From NCBI GenBank assembly GCA_050251945.1, contig JBFWLW010000003.1, positions 32,001-96,000 on the forward strand: a stretch of 64,000 bases of DNA, written 5' to 3'. This stretch comes from Deferribacterales bacterium. GTDB lineage: Bacteria > Chrysiogenota > Deferribacteres > Deferribacterales > Geovibrionaceae. The notes beneath the pieces are model-generated. The model saw nothing but the letters and a program-made list of their open reading frames with translations, was not told where the DNA came from and searched no databases. Positions 29,711-39,915 of the stretch are shown here, in pieces. The translations under genes were made by a program, and so were the position numbers. How positions within the stretch are numbered: position 1 is the first letter of the stretch; each line of letters begins with the position of its first letter.

Positions 29711-30877
29711 ATGAAAAAAGCACCTGTCTTTCACGACACGACACTCAGAGACGGCAATCAATCACTCGCGAAACCTTGGAATCTTGAAGAGAAACTGGAA
29801 GTGTTCGGGCTATTGTGCGGGCTGGGTGTTGAAAAGATAGAAGCCGGGTTTCCATCTGCATCGGCTATGGACTTTGAAACATGCAGGACAATAGCCGAGG
29901 TGGCGGACGGAAACATCACAGTCGGGGCGCTCACAAGAGCCGTACAAAAGGACATAAAGACCACATACGAGAGCATAGCTCATGCGGCAACTCCGCGCAT
30001 ACACATAGTTCTGGCGCTCAGCCCGTTCACAATGGAACACGTACTCAGGATGCCTCCCCAAAAGGTTAAACAGCTTGCGGTGGAATCAGTTGCATACGCC
30101 CGCTCACTCATAAAGAACAGAGGCGAGGTGCAGTTCACCGCTGAACATTTCGGCGACTGCATGGAAAATCTCGATTTCGTCACAGAAACATTTCTCGCAT
30201 GTGCCGATGCCGGCGCGGACATAATAAATATGCCTAACACAGTTGAGCGCTACCGTCCGTATCTGTTCACAAACATGGTGGAAAAAGTTGTAACGGCACT
30301 TCCGAAGCATATTCTGGCTTCCGTCCACTGCCACAACGACCTCGGCATGGCGACCGCAACTTCCGTGGAATCATATTTCGCAGGTGCAGTGCAGATTGAG
30401 ACCTGTATGAACGGCATAGGCGAACGTGCGGGCAACGCGAACCTGTTCGAGATAGCGGCGGTATTGAACAACTGCGGCGTGGACACGGGGCTTAACATGA
30501 AACTGTTTGCTCAGACAGCAAAACACATGGCAGAGCTTTCAACAACACCTATACACCAAAAGGCGCCTCTTTTCGGGGAAGAGGTTGTCATGCACAGAAG
30601 CGGCATACATCAGGACGGGGCTGTTAAGACAAAGCATATGGCAAAAGGGGCATACCGTCCCATGGATTTCAGTGCCATCGGCAGAGCGGATAACGACAGA
30701 ATGGGGTTCACCAGCCAGTCTGGGCGCTCCGCACTCTTAGAGGTACTGGCTCAGGCGGGTATAACCATTTCCCAGCAACAGGCGGCGGCGCTGATAAAGA
30801 TATGCAAAAAAACATCCGAATCTGAAGGGGAGCTTTCACCCGACAGGATACTGGAACTCTACACAAAAGTCAGATAG
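29711..30877 (+). CDS. Short-form LeuA-family (DRE-TIM) acetyl-CoA condensing enzyme lacking the regulatory domain
   Basis: DTTLRDGNQ, HCHNDLG, GIGERAGN and HRSGIHQDG motifs in only 388 aa. Confidence 0.85.
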   Translation: MKKAPVFHDTTLRDGNQSLAKPWNLEEKLEVFGLLCGLGVEKIEAGFPSASAMDFETCRTIAEVADGNITVGALTRAVQKDIKTTYESIAHAATPRIHIVLALSPFTMEHVLRMPPQKVKQLAVESVAYARSLIKNRGEVQFTAEHFGDCMENLDFVTETFLACADAGADIINMPNTVERYRPYLFTNMVEKVVTALPKHILASVHCHNDLGMATATSVESYFAGAVQIETCMNGIGERAGNANLFEIAAVLNNCGVDTGLNMKLFAQTAKHMAELSTTPIHQKAPLFGEEVVMHRSGIHQDGAVKTKHMAKGAYRPMDFSAIGRADNDRMGFTSQSGRSALLEVLAQAGITISQQQAAALIKICKKTSESEGELSPDRILELYTKVR

Positions 30878-30878
30878 A

Positions 30879-30917
30879 GCAAGAATCGGGTGGAAACCTG
30901 TACAGCAATGATATAAT
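30879..30917 (+). promoter_or_regulatory. 19-bp box copy 2 plus extended -10 (TGaTATAAT)
   Basis: Box at 30879-30897, TATAAT at 30912-30917, ATG at 30926 with no SD sequence. Confidence 0.65.
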
Positions 30918-30925
30918 TTAAACCC

Positions 30926-31750
30926 ATGAGAGATTATGAACGCATTGAGCGGGCAATAAGATATATTGAGGCGCACGCACAGAACCAACCGACGCTGGAC
31001 GAAGTGGCGGCTCATATTGATTTAAGCCCGTATCACTTTCAGAGACTTTTCACGGACTGGGCGGGGATAAGCCCGAAGAGGTTCATGCAGTGCCTGACCA
31101 TTCAGGCGGCAAAAAAACTTCTGGACGAATCCCGCCCTGTTCTGGATGCCGCATTTGACGTAGGCTTGAGAAGTCCGTCACGCCTGCACGACTTGTTCGT
31201 CAGCGTTGACGCCGTCACCCCCGGCGAATACAAATCCATGGGCGGCGGGCTTACCATACGCTACGGTTTTCAGCCTACACCCTTCGGAACATGTCTCACG
31301 GCAATAACGGAAAGAGGCATATGCGGACTATCATTTATTCACAATACGAACGAAACGGAAGAATTTGAAACACTGCGGTCGAACTGGCAGAACGCAGAAT
31401 TCGTTCATGACGACAGCGCCGTAAAAGAAGTAACTGAAAAGATATTCTCTAACGACAAAAGCGACATAAAAATATTCATGAAAGGAACAAACTTTCAGAT
31501 AAAGGTCTGGACGGCAGTGCTGAACCTCCCTGTTGGTGTGTTCGCCAGCTACAGCTACATAGCCCGCATGATAAGCATGCCGAAAGCTTCCCGCGCGGTG
31601 GGCAGTGCGCTGGGGCGCAACAACATCGGCTATCTGATACCCTGCCACAGAGTTCTTCGCGAAACCGGAGCCGTAACGGGCTACCGGTGGGGAACGGAGC
31701 GCAAAAAAGCAATGATGGCATACGAATCAGCCTCATCTGAAACGTTCTAA
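30926..31750 (+). CDS. Cada2-like AraC-HTH / O6-methylguanine-DNA methyltransferase fusion
   Basis: AraC HTH with SRLHDLF and C-terminal IPCHRV. No N-terminal Zn-binding N-Ada domain. Confidence 0.9.
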   Translation: MRDYERIERAIRYIEAHAQNQPTLDEVAAHIDLSPYHFQRLFTDWAGISPKRFMQCLTIQAAKKLLDESRPVLDAAFDVGLRSPSRLHDLFVSVDAVTPGEYKSMGGGLTIRYGFQPTPFGTCLTAITERGICGLSFIHNTNETEEFETLRSNWQNAEFVHDDSAVKEVTEKIFSNDKSDIKIFMKGTNFQIKVWTAVLNLPVGVFASYSYIARMISMPKASRAVGSALGRNNIGYLIPCHRVLRETGAVTGYRWGTERKKAMMAYESASSETF

Positions 31751-32665
31751 TCTCTTTTTATCTCTGGCATAAGCCTTTTCTCCCGACTTCTGTGTCATGT
31801 TCCAGATAAAAGCATACCATGGCATCCTGTCCACCCATTTGCCCCTGCGTTTTGGCAACGCGACAGCATTTTCAGCACCACCAGTTGAAACATCCGCAAT
31901 TATTAAGCCTTCCTGCTGGTCAAGTCTCTCAATCACATTTCCGCCGCAGTCAGCGATGGCAGTCTGTCCGGCAAAAAAAGTATCCTGCAAAGGAAACCCG
32001 CTCGGCAGTTCCGTAACAAGCCTTCCGCACCTGTTCGCCATTACCGCAGGCACGCCAAGTACACGCGAATATAATGGAACAAGCCTTTTCAGCATATCGC
32101 AAAAAACTCTTATATCTCTTTTGGTGAAAGGGAACTTCGCCTGACTGTATGCGGCGGCGCTTGGCTGCAGAACGATATCCACCCCATTGTCATAAAAATC
32201 TTTCAGGCGGTCATAAAAAAGATTTTCGCCGCAAATGCCGATGCCGATACGACCTAAAGGCGTGTCTATTATGTGGGAGTTATCTTCATTTTTAAAAAGA
32301 TATGCCTCAACAGAGATCGGCGGACTCTTCTTAACTGTTCCGGCGATGTTTCCGTCCGGCTGAAACAGGTAAAACTTATTAAAGATGTCGCATCCTGAAA
32401 GTTCTATTATTGTCGTTCCGAGGTACACCCCGTACCTTTTTGCCATAGCTCCAAGTTTCGACACGGTTTCCCCGTTTTCCTTCTCTGCAAAATCCCATAT
32501 CTTTTCCGTAAGGTTATAACCGGAGACCGCAAGTTCCGGAAAAAGTATCAGCTGTGCGCCACTTTCGGACGCCTTGACAGCAAAAGATTCCATCTTCGCA
32601 AGATTACCGCTGACATCGCCGAAAACACTGTCCGTCTGAACAGCACAAACCTTTATCTGTTTCAT
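31733..32665 (-). CDS. Carbon-nitrogen hydrolase (nitrilase superfamily)
   Basis: Putative triad LFPE / K / GICGE and the N-terminal CAVQ strand. Confidence 0.85.
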   Translation of the reverse strand: MKQIKVCAVQTDSVFGDVSGNLAKMESFAVKASESGAQLILFPELAVSGYNLTEKIWDFAEKENGETVSKLGAMAKRYGVYLGTTIIELSGCDIFNKFYLFQPDGNIAGTVKKSPPISVEAYLFKNEDNSHIIDTPLGRIGIGICGENLFYDRLKDFYDNGVDIVLQPSAAAYSQAKFPFTKRDIRVFCDMLKRLVPLYSRVLGVPAVMANRCGRLVTELPSGFPLQDTFFAGQTAIADCGGNVIERLDQQEGLIIADVSTGGAENAVALPKRRGKWVDRMPWYAFIWNMTQKSGEKAYARDKKRLERFR

Positions 32666-35130
32666 ATTATCCTCTTAACTGTTCCGTTCCAGCCGTCAAC
32701 GAACAGTATTTCGCCGCTCTTTATTATATCTGTAGCCCTTTTTATGTTCATAATCGCCGGAATACCGTATTCTCGAGCCACGATAGCGCCGTGGGAAATG
32801 AATCCGCCCGTTTCAAGCACCAAAGCCGCTGCATCCACAAACAAAGGTGTCCATGAAGGGTCTGTGGACGGCGCAACAAGCACTCCGCCGCTCTTCATAG
32901 AGCCGCCCTCTGCCGGATGGAGGATCACACACGCCTCGCCTGTGGCTCTGCCGCAGGAAACGCTCATCCCATTCATTTCACTGCCGTCTGTCTCTGTCTC
33001 AGGCACATCGTACCCGCCCTCAACATAAACATCATCCGTCTGTAGCGTTTTCTGGTATTCGTAAAGCGTCCGTCTGTCCGCTGTAAGATTTTTCACCCAC
33101 TCTCTGCCGCCATTTAAGAGGATATCCGACATCTCTTCAAACGTGAGAAACCAGACATCATCGGCATCCGCAAGAACGCCATCCGCCGCAAGTCTTCTGC
33201 CGGATTCGAGCACCACACGCCTCATAACAGCGCTGAAACGGGCAAATACCGACTTCGCCATCTCTCTGTTTGCGCCGTCTTCGCCAGCCTGTTTCACCAT
33301 CTTCTTTATGATACCGTGCAGATAAAAAGGCACTTTTTCCCTGACAATCGCCCATGCCTCTTCCGAATTATTCTTCATGGGTTTTGGCGGGTTCTTTGCA
33401 TACTGCTGAACCATGTCCATAATGAACGATGCGTCTTCTGAAAATCTGGGGTTATACATATCAACTTCATAAACCCCTCTGTGTCCGTAATCCCGGAGCA
33501 TCTCAGCGAATTTCTGATCGAACTCCGTGGTTTCAAATACCTCCGCCAGCTCTTTTATACGCTGACCGAACTCAGCCGAAGTGATTCCGCCCAGACCCGC
33601 CAGAAGCGCCGATGTGAGCTGAAGTCCCTGACCTTTGCAGAATTTCTCCAGCATCGGAACAAGTGTAACAAAAACAGAACCGCTGGATGTGAGAAGCACA
33701 GTAATTTCGTTGTGCTTTTCCAGCATCACGCCAATCTCCCATGCCGTATCCACAAGTTTCCGCTTAACCATTCCGCTGAAATCCAAGTTTATTAGTCTGT
33801 CCGCATCCGCAACCGCCGAGGCGAATATCTCTTTAGAATTCTTCCGAGCTTTTTTCAGTGTGTTATAAAATTTCAGATTCCTTTTGAAACGGAGTAATTT
33901 TTTACCGAAACCTTCGTTTACAGGCAGTTTTATCTGCCCGTGGTGTCCGCCTATGAAAATATTATACATTTCCGGCTTAAACCCGAACGAGTCATAGCAC
34001 TCCCACTGGAGCACCGACACGTCAAAGTATGCTCTGCCGTTGATAAGCTTTGTCTTTCGCGTACTTTTATCCGGCTTATATCCTGTACATTCAATCTGCG
34101 CGTTAAGTATCGTATCTATGCTGGTACTGCATGTGCTCCAGTTCATCGGCGTCTGCACCATAGGGAGCGAATCGCGAAGATTGGCGTTACTCCACATGGC
34201 AGGCTGTGCAGTAATCTCCGGATAGCTGTATCTGTTCATCGCCGTCACCGGACGCGTCTGCACTATGTAAAACCTGCCGACGGAAAGCACCCACTCTATA
34301 TCCTGATGGACTGCCGAACCGCCGATGCGGCTGAAAATCTTTGAAACGATGCCGGAAAGTTCCAGCACCTGTTCCCTGTTCAGCACAAAGCTGTCAGAGG
34401 CTGACTCTTCCGATACCGTCCCGCCATCAGGATTAAAAACCGTCCTGACACCTTTTGAACCTTTGATGAATTCCACATCTCTTCCGCCGGTAACGATGTA
34501 TTCGTCCGGCTCGCAAACGCCAGAAACAACTGATTCGCCCAGCCCGAAGTTGGCGGAGATTATCTGCCTGTCCTCTCTGCCCGTGACAGGGTCACAGGAA
34601 AAGACAACACCTGCCGCATCTGCCGCAACAGTCTTCATCACAACAACAGCGATACCTATGTCAAAATCGGAAAAACCCATTTTATCTCTGTAGGTCACTG
34701 CTCTTCTGCTCCAAACGGACGCATAGCACATTTTGACTGCTGAAAGCACGTTTTCAATACCGGAAACATTCAGAAATGAATCGTGTATGCCGGCAAACGA
34801 TGCTCCGGCGGAATCCTCTGCGCTGACAGACGACCTCACGGCAAGGCTGACCATGCCGCCTGTATATTTTTCAGATGCGGCGGCAAGCGTCTCTTTGAAA
34901 CTATCAGGAAAATCTCCTGCGGTTATAAGCTTCTGAGCCGTATCTCTGTCCATTTTATCCCGCAATCCGTTGTGGTCGATGAACATTTCATATGCAGCAG
35001 CGGATATGACAAATCCGTCCGGAATATCTATGCCATATCTGCGAAGTCTGCCCAGATTAAAGCCCTTACCACCCGAAAATTCCGCTCCGGCGGTATATGC
35101 CTCTTCATATGAAAGAATAAATTCAGACAT
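32662..35130 (-). CDS. PEP-utilising family phosphotransferase with RPH/PigC-like domain order
   Basis: N-terminal ATP-grasp (GGKG, AVRSS..ED..SFAG, DIEW, QTRPVT), large central domain, C-terminal His swivel (TDPSWTP, SHGAIVAREYGIPA). Confidence 0.85.
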   Translation of the reverse strand: MSEFILSYEEAYTAGAEFSGGKGFNLGRLRRYGIDIPDGFVISAAAYEMFIDHNGLRDKMDRDTAQKLITAGDFPDSFKETLAAASEKYTGGMVSLAVRSSVSAEDSAGASFAGIHDSFLNVSGIENVLSAVKMCYASVWSRRAVTYRDKMGFSDFDIGIAVVVMKTVAADAAGVVFSCDPVTGREDRQIISANFGLGESVVSGVCEPDEYIVTGGRDVEFIKGSKGVRTVFNPDGGTVSEESASDSFVLNREQVLELSGIVSKIFSRIGGSAVHQDIEWVLSVGRFYIVQTRPVTAMNRYSYPEITAQPAMWSNANLRDSLPMVQTPMNWSTCSTSIDTILNAQIECTGYKPDKSTRKTKLINGRAYFDVSVLQWECYDSFGFKPEMYNIFIGGHHGQIKLPVNEGFGKKLLRFKRNLKFYNTLKKARKNSKEIFASAVADADRLINLDFSGMVKRKLVDTAWEIGVMLEKHNEITVLLTSSGSVFVTLVPMLEKFCKGQGLQLTSALLAGLGGITSAEFGQRIKELAEVFETTEFDQKFAEMLRDYGHRGVYEVDMYNPRFSEDASFIMDMVQQYAKNPPKPMKNNSEEAWAIVREKVPFYLHGIIKKMVKQAGEDGANREMAKSVFARFSAVMRRVVLESGRRLAADGVLADADDVWFLTFEEMSDILLNGGREWVKNLTADRRTLYEYQKTLQTDDVYVEGGYDVPETETDGSEMNGMSVSCGRATGEACVILHPAEGGSMKSGGVLVAPSTDPSWTPLFVDAAALVLETGGFISHGAIVAREYGIPAIMNIKRATDIIKSGEILFVDGWNGTVKRII

Positions 35131-35716
35131 CCGACGCCCCCGAAAGAAACAGCTCTATCATCCTGTCCAGCTCTGCGTAAAGGTCGTCACCATCGTTTTT
35201 CAGCCAGCGCATGATGACGTTACGATAGAACGATTCCATATAGTCCACCAGCTCCTCTGAGCTGAAATCGCCTCTCAGTTCGCCATTTTCTATCCCTGCC
35301 TGCATTACCTTCTGAAGGTTCTGATGAAACCCGCTGCGATTTTCAGGCTCCATGCTGCCGTTCGTAATGTTTTGAAGCCTGTATGAAAGATAGATGGCAA
35401 GAATGTCTTTGTGCGAAACCTGCCAGTCAGCAACCACATAATAAAGTTTTTTTAGTTTTTCCTTAACGGGCATTTCACCCACAGCAAGTTCTTCCACATG
35501 TGCCCGCATGTCAACAGAGCACTGACGGAAATATCCTGCAACAACCGCCTCTTTAACGGGAAAATAGTTATACAATGTGCCCTTTGCCACGTCCGCCGTG
35601 CTGGCTATCTGCTCCATTGACACACTGTCAAAGCCATACTCATAAATAAGCTTCATACCTACGCTGATTATGTGCCTTCTGGTCTCTTCTTTTTTTCTTT
35701 CGCGTCTTCCTTCCAT
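35123..35716 (-). CDS. TetR-family regulator
   Basis: RRERKK..GFDSVSMEQIA..ADVAKGTLYNYF HTH. Confidence 0.92.
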   Translation of the reverse strand: MEGRRERKKEETRRHIISVGMKLIYEYGFDSVSMEQIASTADVAKGTLYNYFPVKEAVVAGYFRQCSVDMRAHVEELAVGEMPVKEKLKKLYYVVADWQVSHKDILAIYLSYRLQNITNGSMEPENRSGFHQNLQKVMQAGIENGELRGDFSSEELVDYMESFYRNVIMRWLKNDGDDLYAELDRMIELFLSGASDV

Positions 35717-35946
35717 TTTTATTCCTATACGATGAATAATTTTATACGACGTTCAATATTATTATAATTCAGAACCTATGTCAATCATCTCTTTTCGGTG
35801 TTAAATAGTGCTATACATGTTTTAAGCTCTCCATACTTAACGTGCAGAATCAGCTACATTTGTCATAAATATCCGTATCTTTTAATGTATTGAGATTTTC
35901 AATGATTAATGTTAAGTTTAACGCAGTCAAATGAAGGAGGTTTTAT

Positions 35947-37287
35947 TTGGAACAGTTTGAGAACATCCTAAATATCATCGGAGGCTTTATCTGGGGCGTT
36001 CCGCTCCTTGTGCTTCTGGTTGGAACAGGCATCTACCTTACATTAAATCTTCGTTTTCTTCAGTTTACTAAACTTTTCTATGCTCTTTGGCTTGCACTTG
36101 TTAAACGTAAAGAGTACGACGACGAACCCGGCGACATCACGCACTTTCAGGCACTCATGACGGCAATGTCCGCAACTGTCGGCACAGGCAACATCGCAGG
36201 TGTTGCCACGGCGATAGCTTTGGGCGGTCCCGGCGCAATGTTCTGGATGTGGGTGACAGGTCTTGTGGGCATGGCGACAAAATACGCGGAAGCGGTTCTT
36301 GCCGTTAAATACCGCGAAGTTGACGAAAACGGCAATATGAGCGGCGGTCCCATGTATTACATTTCAAACGGTCTCGGCTGGAAATGGATGGGCGCGCTGT
36401 TCGCAGTGTTCGCTGTTGTAGCCTCTTTCGGGATAGGAAACATGGTTCAGGCAAACTCCGTTGCCGACGCTCTTCGCTCAACATTCAACGTCCCGACCTA
36501 TGCAACGGGTCTTGTGCTGATGGCATTCACCGCTCTGGTTGTCCTTGGCGGTATCAAATCCATCGGCAGGGTCACAAGTATTCTCGTACCTATCATGATA
36601 ATCTTTTATGTAATAAGCGCACTTATCATACTTGTTATGTTCGCGGACAAGATACCCGCGGCATTCGCACTTATTTTTGCAGAGGCGTTCACCCCCACGG
36701 CGGCATCAGGCGGCTTCGCTGGGGCAAGCGTTATGATGGCTATCCGTATGGGTGTTGCCAGAGGAGTGTTCTCCAACGAATCCGGTCTGGGCAGTGCGCC
36801 CATCGCGGCGGCGGCAGCTCAGACAAAGCACCCCGTTTCGCAGGCGCTGGTCTCCATGACTCAAACGTTCATCGACACACTGATAGTCTGTACAATGACA
36901 GGTCTTGTGCTTATCTGCACAGGCGCATGGGATATAGGCAAAAACGGAGCTGATCTTACAAACCACGCTTTCTCACTCGGATTTTCCGCGGGTCCGGTAG
37001 TGGTTGCCATAAGCCTTGCACTGTTCGCATATTCCACCATACTCGGCTGGTGCTATTACGGTGAAAAGTCCATGGAATATCTGTTCGGCGTGAAATCCAT
37101 TACACCTTACAGAATAATTTTCATCCTCTTCATCGGCGTCGGCGCCATGGCAAAACTGAACATCGTCTGGCTGCTTTCGGACATTTTCAACGGGCTGATG
37201 GCTCTGCCCAACCTTATAGGTCTTCTGGGTCTCTCTTCCGTTGTCTTTGCGGAAACGAAAGACTATTTTGCCAATTTAAAAAAATAA
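35947..37287 (+). CDS. Alanine/glycine:cation symporter (AGCS family)
   Basis: [26 protein letters not shown] and [14 protein letters not shown] start after AAGGAGG. Confidence 0.95.
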   Translation: MEQFENILNIIGGFIWGVPLLVLLVGTGIYLTLNLRFLQFTKLFYALWLALVKRKEYDDEPGDITHFQALMTAMSATVGTGNIAGVATAIALGGPGAMFWMWVTGLVGMATKYAEAVLAVKYREVDENGNMSGGPMYYISNGLGWKWMGALFAVFAVVASFGIGNMVQANSVADALRSTFNVPTYATGLVLMAFTALVVLGGIKSIGRVTSILVPIMIIFYVISALIILVMFADKIPAAFALIFAEAFTPTAASGGFAGASVMMAIRMGVARGVFSNESGLGSAPIAAAAAQTKHPVSQALVSMTQTFIDTLIVCTMTGLVLICTGAWDIGKNGADLTNHAFSLGFSAGPVVVAISLALFAYSTILGWCYYGEKSMEYLFGVKSITPYRIIFILFIGVGAMAKLNIVWLLSDIFNGLMALPNLIGLLGLSSVVFAETKDYFANLKK

Positions 37288-37302
37288 TTTACTGATAAAT
37301 AT

Positions 37303-37331
37303 GGCGGTCAGCCTTTCTGACCGCCTTTTTT
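37303..37331 (+). terminator. Intrinsic terminator
   Basis: GGCGGTCAG-CCTTT-CTGACCGCC followed by T6. Confidence 0.85.
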
Positions 37332-37342
37332 CGTTCTAAATC

Positions 37343-37406
37343 ATTACTGATATTCAATTTCAGCTTAGAAAAAACGTTGACTTTTTGTGTTCGCAGTGCT
37401 TAACAT
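37343..37406 (+). promoter_or_regulatory. Fur-like box and sigma70 promoter of the fez-like operon
   Basis: ATTACTGATATTCAATTTC matches the Fur consensus at 13/19 (37343-37361). TTGACT (37377) and TAACAT (37401) are 18 bp apart. Confidence 0.5.
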
Positions 37407-37478
37407 TGAATAAGCGTTCGGGTTGACACATTAACAAATCTGCTCCCTTTCGGGCTTAGGGCGCACAGGACGGTTAGT

Positions 37479-39626
37479 GTGTTAAAGATTGCTCATTCCG
37501 CCCCCGACAGGGTAAGGCTTAAATATCCCATTCTCAGACAAGAGCAAAGTCTTTGCTCATCCATAATCAGCGTCCTTTCATCGAAACAGGGCATATCATC
37601 AGTGCGGTGCAACAGAAAATGCGCAAGCCTTATCGTTGCGTACGATGCTTCTGTCCTCTCCGTTTCGGATATCGTCAACGCAGTTTCAGGCATAAAACCC
37701 GTTAAACTGGTACCGGCCGAATCCGTAAAGGCAGACTGTGCGTGTTCCGATGCGAAGGACGGGCTGGCTCTTCTCAACAAAAAAACCGAGTTTGCCGCGC
37801 TCACCGCGATGACAGGCGCTTCGTTCATTTCAAAGCGGTTGTTCGGACGCGTCCTTTCTCAGGCTGTGTTCAGCCCCATGTGGTTCTTTACGGCATTCTT
37901 CGCGGCACCCCTTGTTTACACCGCCGTATCGAAAACACTGAAAGACAAAAAGATCGGACTGGACGCGTTTCTCGGAGCCGGCGTCGGCGCGGCACTTCTG
38001 ACAGGCGAAACCATGACAGCCCTTGAAATCCTCTGGGTGAACAGCGGCGCGGAACTCATGCAGGAACACATCACCGAAAAATCCCGCGCATCCATAAAAA
38101 ATATTCTGGACGTGACCGCAAAAACAGCCTTCGTTCTTATCAACGGGCGGGAGCTTGAGGTTCCCGTGGAAAAGGTTGAACAGGGCGCAACGGTAATTGT
38201 CCGCACCGGAGAAAAGATATCGGTGGACGGTGAGATTATCCGCGGCGAGGCGATGGTGAACGAAGCTCCCATAAACGGGCGTCAGGAACTGATCCACAAA
38301 ATAAAATCCGAAGGGGTTTATGCCGGAACTTACGTTCAGGACGGACTCATATACATCCGCGCGGACAGAGTCGGCGACAGCACATATCTTGCGCGCATAC
38401 TGCAGGCGGTGGAAACATCACTGGAGAACAAAGCGCCTATTGAGCTTGAAGCGGATAAACTCGCCAAAAAACTGGTGGGACTTGGATTCATCATGACCGC
38501 CGGAACCTTCCTGCTGACACGCAGTCTGTCCAGAACACTTTCGGTCATGCTCGTTATGACCTGTCCCTGTGCGACTGCACTGGCGGCATCGTCCGCAGTG
38601 AGCGCATCCATAGGCAATGCGGCTTCCAAGGGAGTTCTCATCAAAGGCGGCCGCTATCTTGAGGACGCTGGCGAACAGGAATCATTCTGTTTTGACAAAA
38701 CTGGAACCATAACCACAGACATGCCTGAGGTCATAGACATCTATCCGCTGAAAGGCTGGTCGGAACAGGATCTTCTCATGAGGGCATACGCTGCGGAACT
38801 GCACAACCGTCACCCCATGGCGGCGGCAATACGCAAAAAGGCGGAACAGCTCTGTCTGGAAAAACCCGACCACGCGGTATGCGAAACCATTCTGGGCATG
38901 GGCGTTGCGGCGGACACCGCAGAAGGCACCGTGTGCGTGGGCAACAGAAAACTTATGGACAGGTTCAGCATAAAAACAGGCACAGTGAAAAAACGTGCCG
39001 AAAAATGGGCGGAAGAGGGCAAAAGCGTCCTTTATGTTGCGGAAGACAGCAGACTGCTGGGGATAATCTCCATCCGCACCAGAGACAAAGAGGGCGTTGC
39101 AGAAATGATACAGACACTGCGCAAAGACGGCGTAAAAAATCTCATAATGGTAACGGGCGACGAAAGGCAGTCTGCGGAACCGCTGGCACTGCGTCTGGGT
39201 TTTGACGAATGTCACTATTCCGTTCTGCCGCAGGACAAGGCGGACATCATCCGCAATATACAAAAGGATCACAAGGTCGCAATGATAGGCGACGGCATCA
39301 ACGACGTTCTGGCGCTGGCACAGTCAGATCTGGGCATCGCCATGGGCGTGGCAGGTTCCGACGTTGCCGTTGAAGCGGCAGACATAGCTCTGGTGGACGA
39401 CGATCTGAACAAGATAATCTTCCTGCGTCAGCTCAGTAAAAAAACAAAAACGATAATACATCAGAATTTTTCCCTGGCAACATCAACCAACATCGCAGGC
39501 GCCATCCTCGGCGCTGTGGGCATACTGAACCCGGTTATGGCGGGGCTTCTGCACATAGCCCACACAGGCGGCATTATGGCGAACTCATCCCGGCTTATGA
39601 ACTATGACGGAGAAACAAATGATTGA
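37479..39626 (+). CDS. fezH: P1B-type ATPase, FezH-like (second ATPase of large fez clusters)
   Basis: N-terminal R-rich HSAPDRVRL, TCPC, DKTGT, GDGIND and C-terminal HIAHT. It leads an operon containing a P1B-6 ATPase. The symbol rests on context. Confidence 0.7.
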   Translation: MLKIAHSAPDRVRLKYPILRQEQSLCSSIISVLSSKQGISSVRCNRKCASLIVAYDASVLSVSDIVNAVSGIKPVKLVPAESVKADCACSDAKDGLALLNKKTEFAALTAMTGASFISKRLFGRVLSQAVFSPMWFFTAFFAAPLVYTAVSKTLKDKKIGLDAFLGAGVGAALLTGETMTALEILWVNSGAELMQEHITEKSRASIKNILDVTAKTAFVLINGRELEVPVEKVEQGATVIVRTGEKISVDGEIIRGEAMVNEAPINGRQELIHKIKSEGVYAGTYVQDGLIYIRADRVGDSTYLARILQAVETSLENKAPIELEADKLAKKLVGLGFIMTAGTFLLTRSLSRTLSVMLVMTCPCATALAASSAVSASIGNAASKGVLIKGGRYLEDAGEQESFCFDKTGTITTDMPEVIDIYPLKGWSEQDLLMRAYAAELHNRHPMAAAIRKKAEQLCLEKPDHAVCETILGMGVAADTAEGTVCVGNRKLMDRFSIKTGTVKKRAEKWAEEGKSVLYVAEDSRLLGIISIRTRDKEGVAEMIQTLRKDGVKNLIMVTGDERQSAEPLALRLGFDECHYSVLPQDKADIIRNIQKDHKVAMIGDGINDVLALAQSDLGIAMGVAGSDVAVEAADIALVDDDLNKIIFLRQLSKKTKTIIHQNFSLATSTNIAGAILGAVGILNPVMAGLLHIAHTGGIMANSSRLMNYDGETND

Positions 39627-39915
39627 GGAACTTCTTGCAGTAAAAAAATATGTCTCGGTGGTACATCACGTCGAAGGGCGAATCAGACTTAAGATCGACC
39701 CCGCAATTATGAAAGACCCGGTCAGCAAGAGACTGGAAGAGATAAGCGCGTCCATACCGGGCGTGCTGGATAAGCGTATCAACATGCTGGCGCGTTCCGT
39801 TGTTCTGCGGTACGACCCCGCGGTTATACATCCGGTGGACATGGCGGCGCTTTTCGGGACATCCGACAGCGAAAGTCTGGCAATACTTAAAAAGTACGAA
39901 GATTTTATAAGTTAA
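39619..39915 (+). CDS. Stand-alone HMA-like (R-rich) domain protein of the fez cluster
   Basis: VVHHVEGRIRLK..N..ARSVVLRYD matches the N-terminal motif of both ATPases. GGAG RBS before ATG 39619. Confidence 0.75.
   Translation: MIEELLAVKKYVSVVHHVEGRIRLKIDPAIMKDPVSKRLEEISASIPGVLDKRINMLARSVVLRYDPAVIHPVDMAALFGTSDSESLAILKKYEDFIS

Noticed and set aside
32662..35130. Calling this gene rifampicin resistance rph or ppsA
   Set aside because: The domain order excludes canonical PpsA, and rifamycin-pocket residues cannot be verified by eye.
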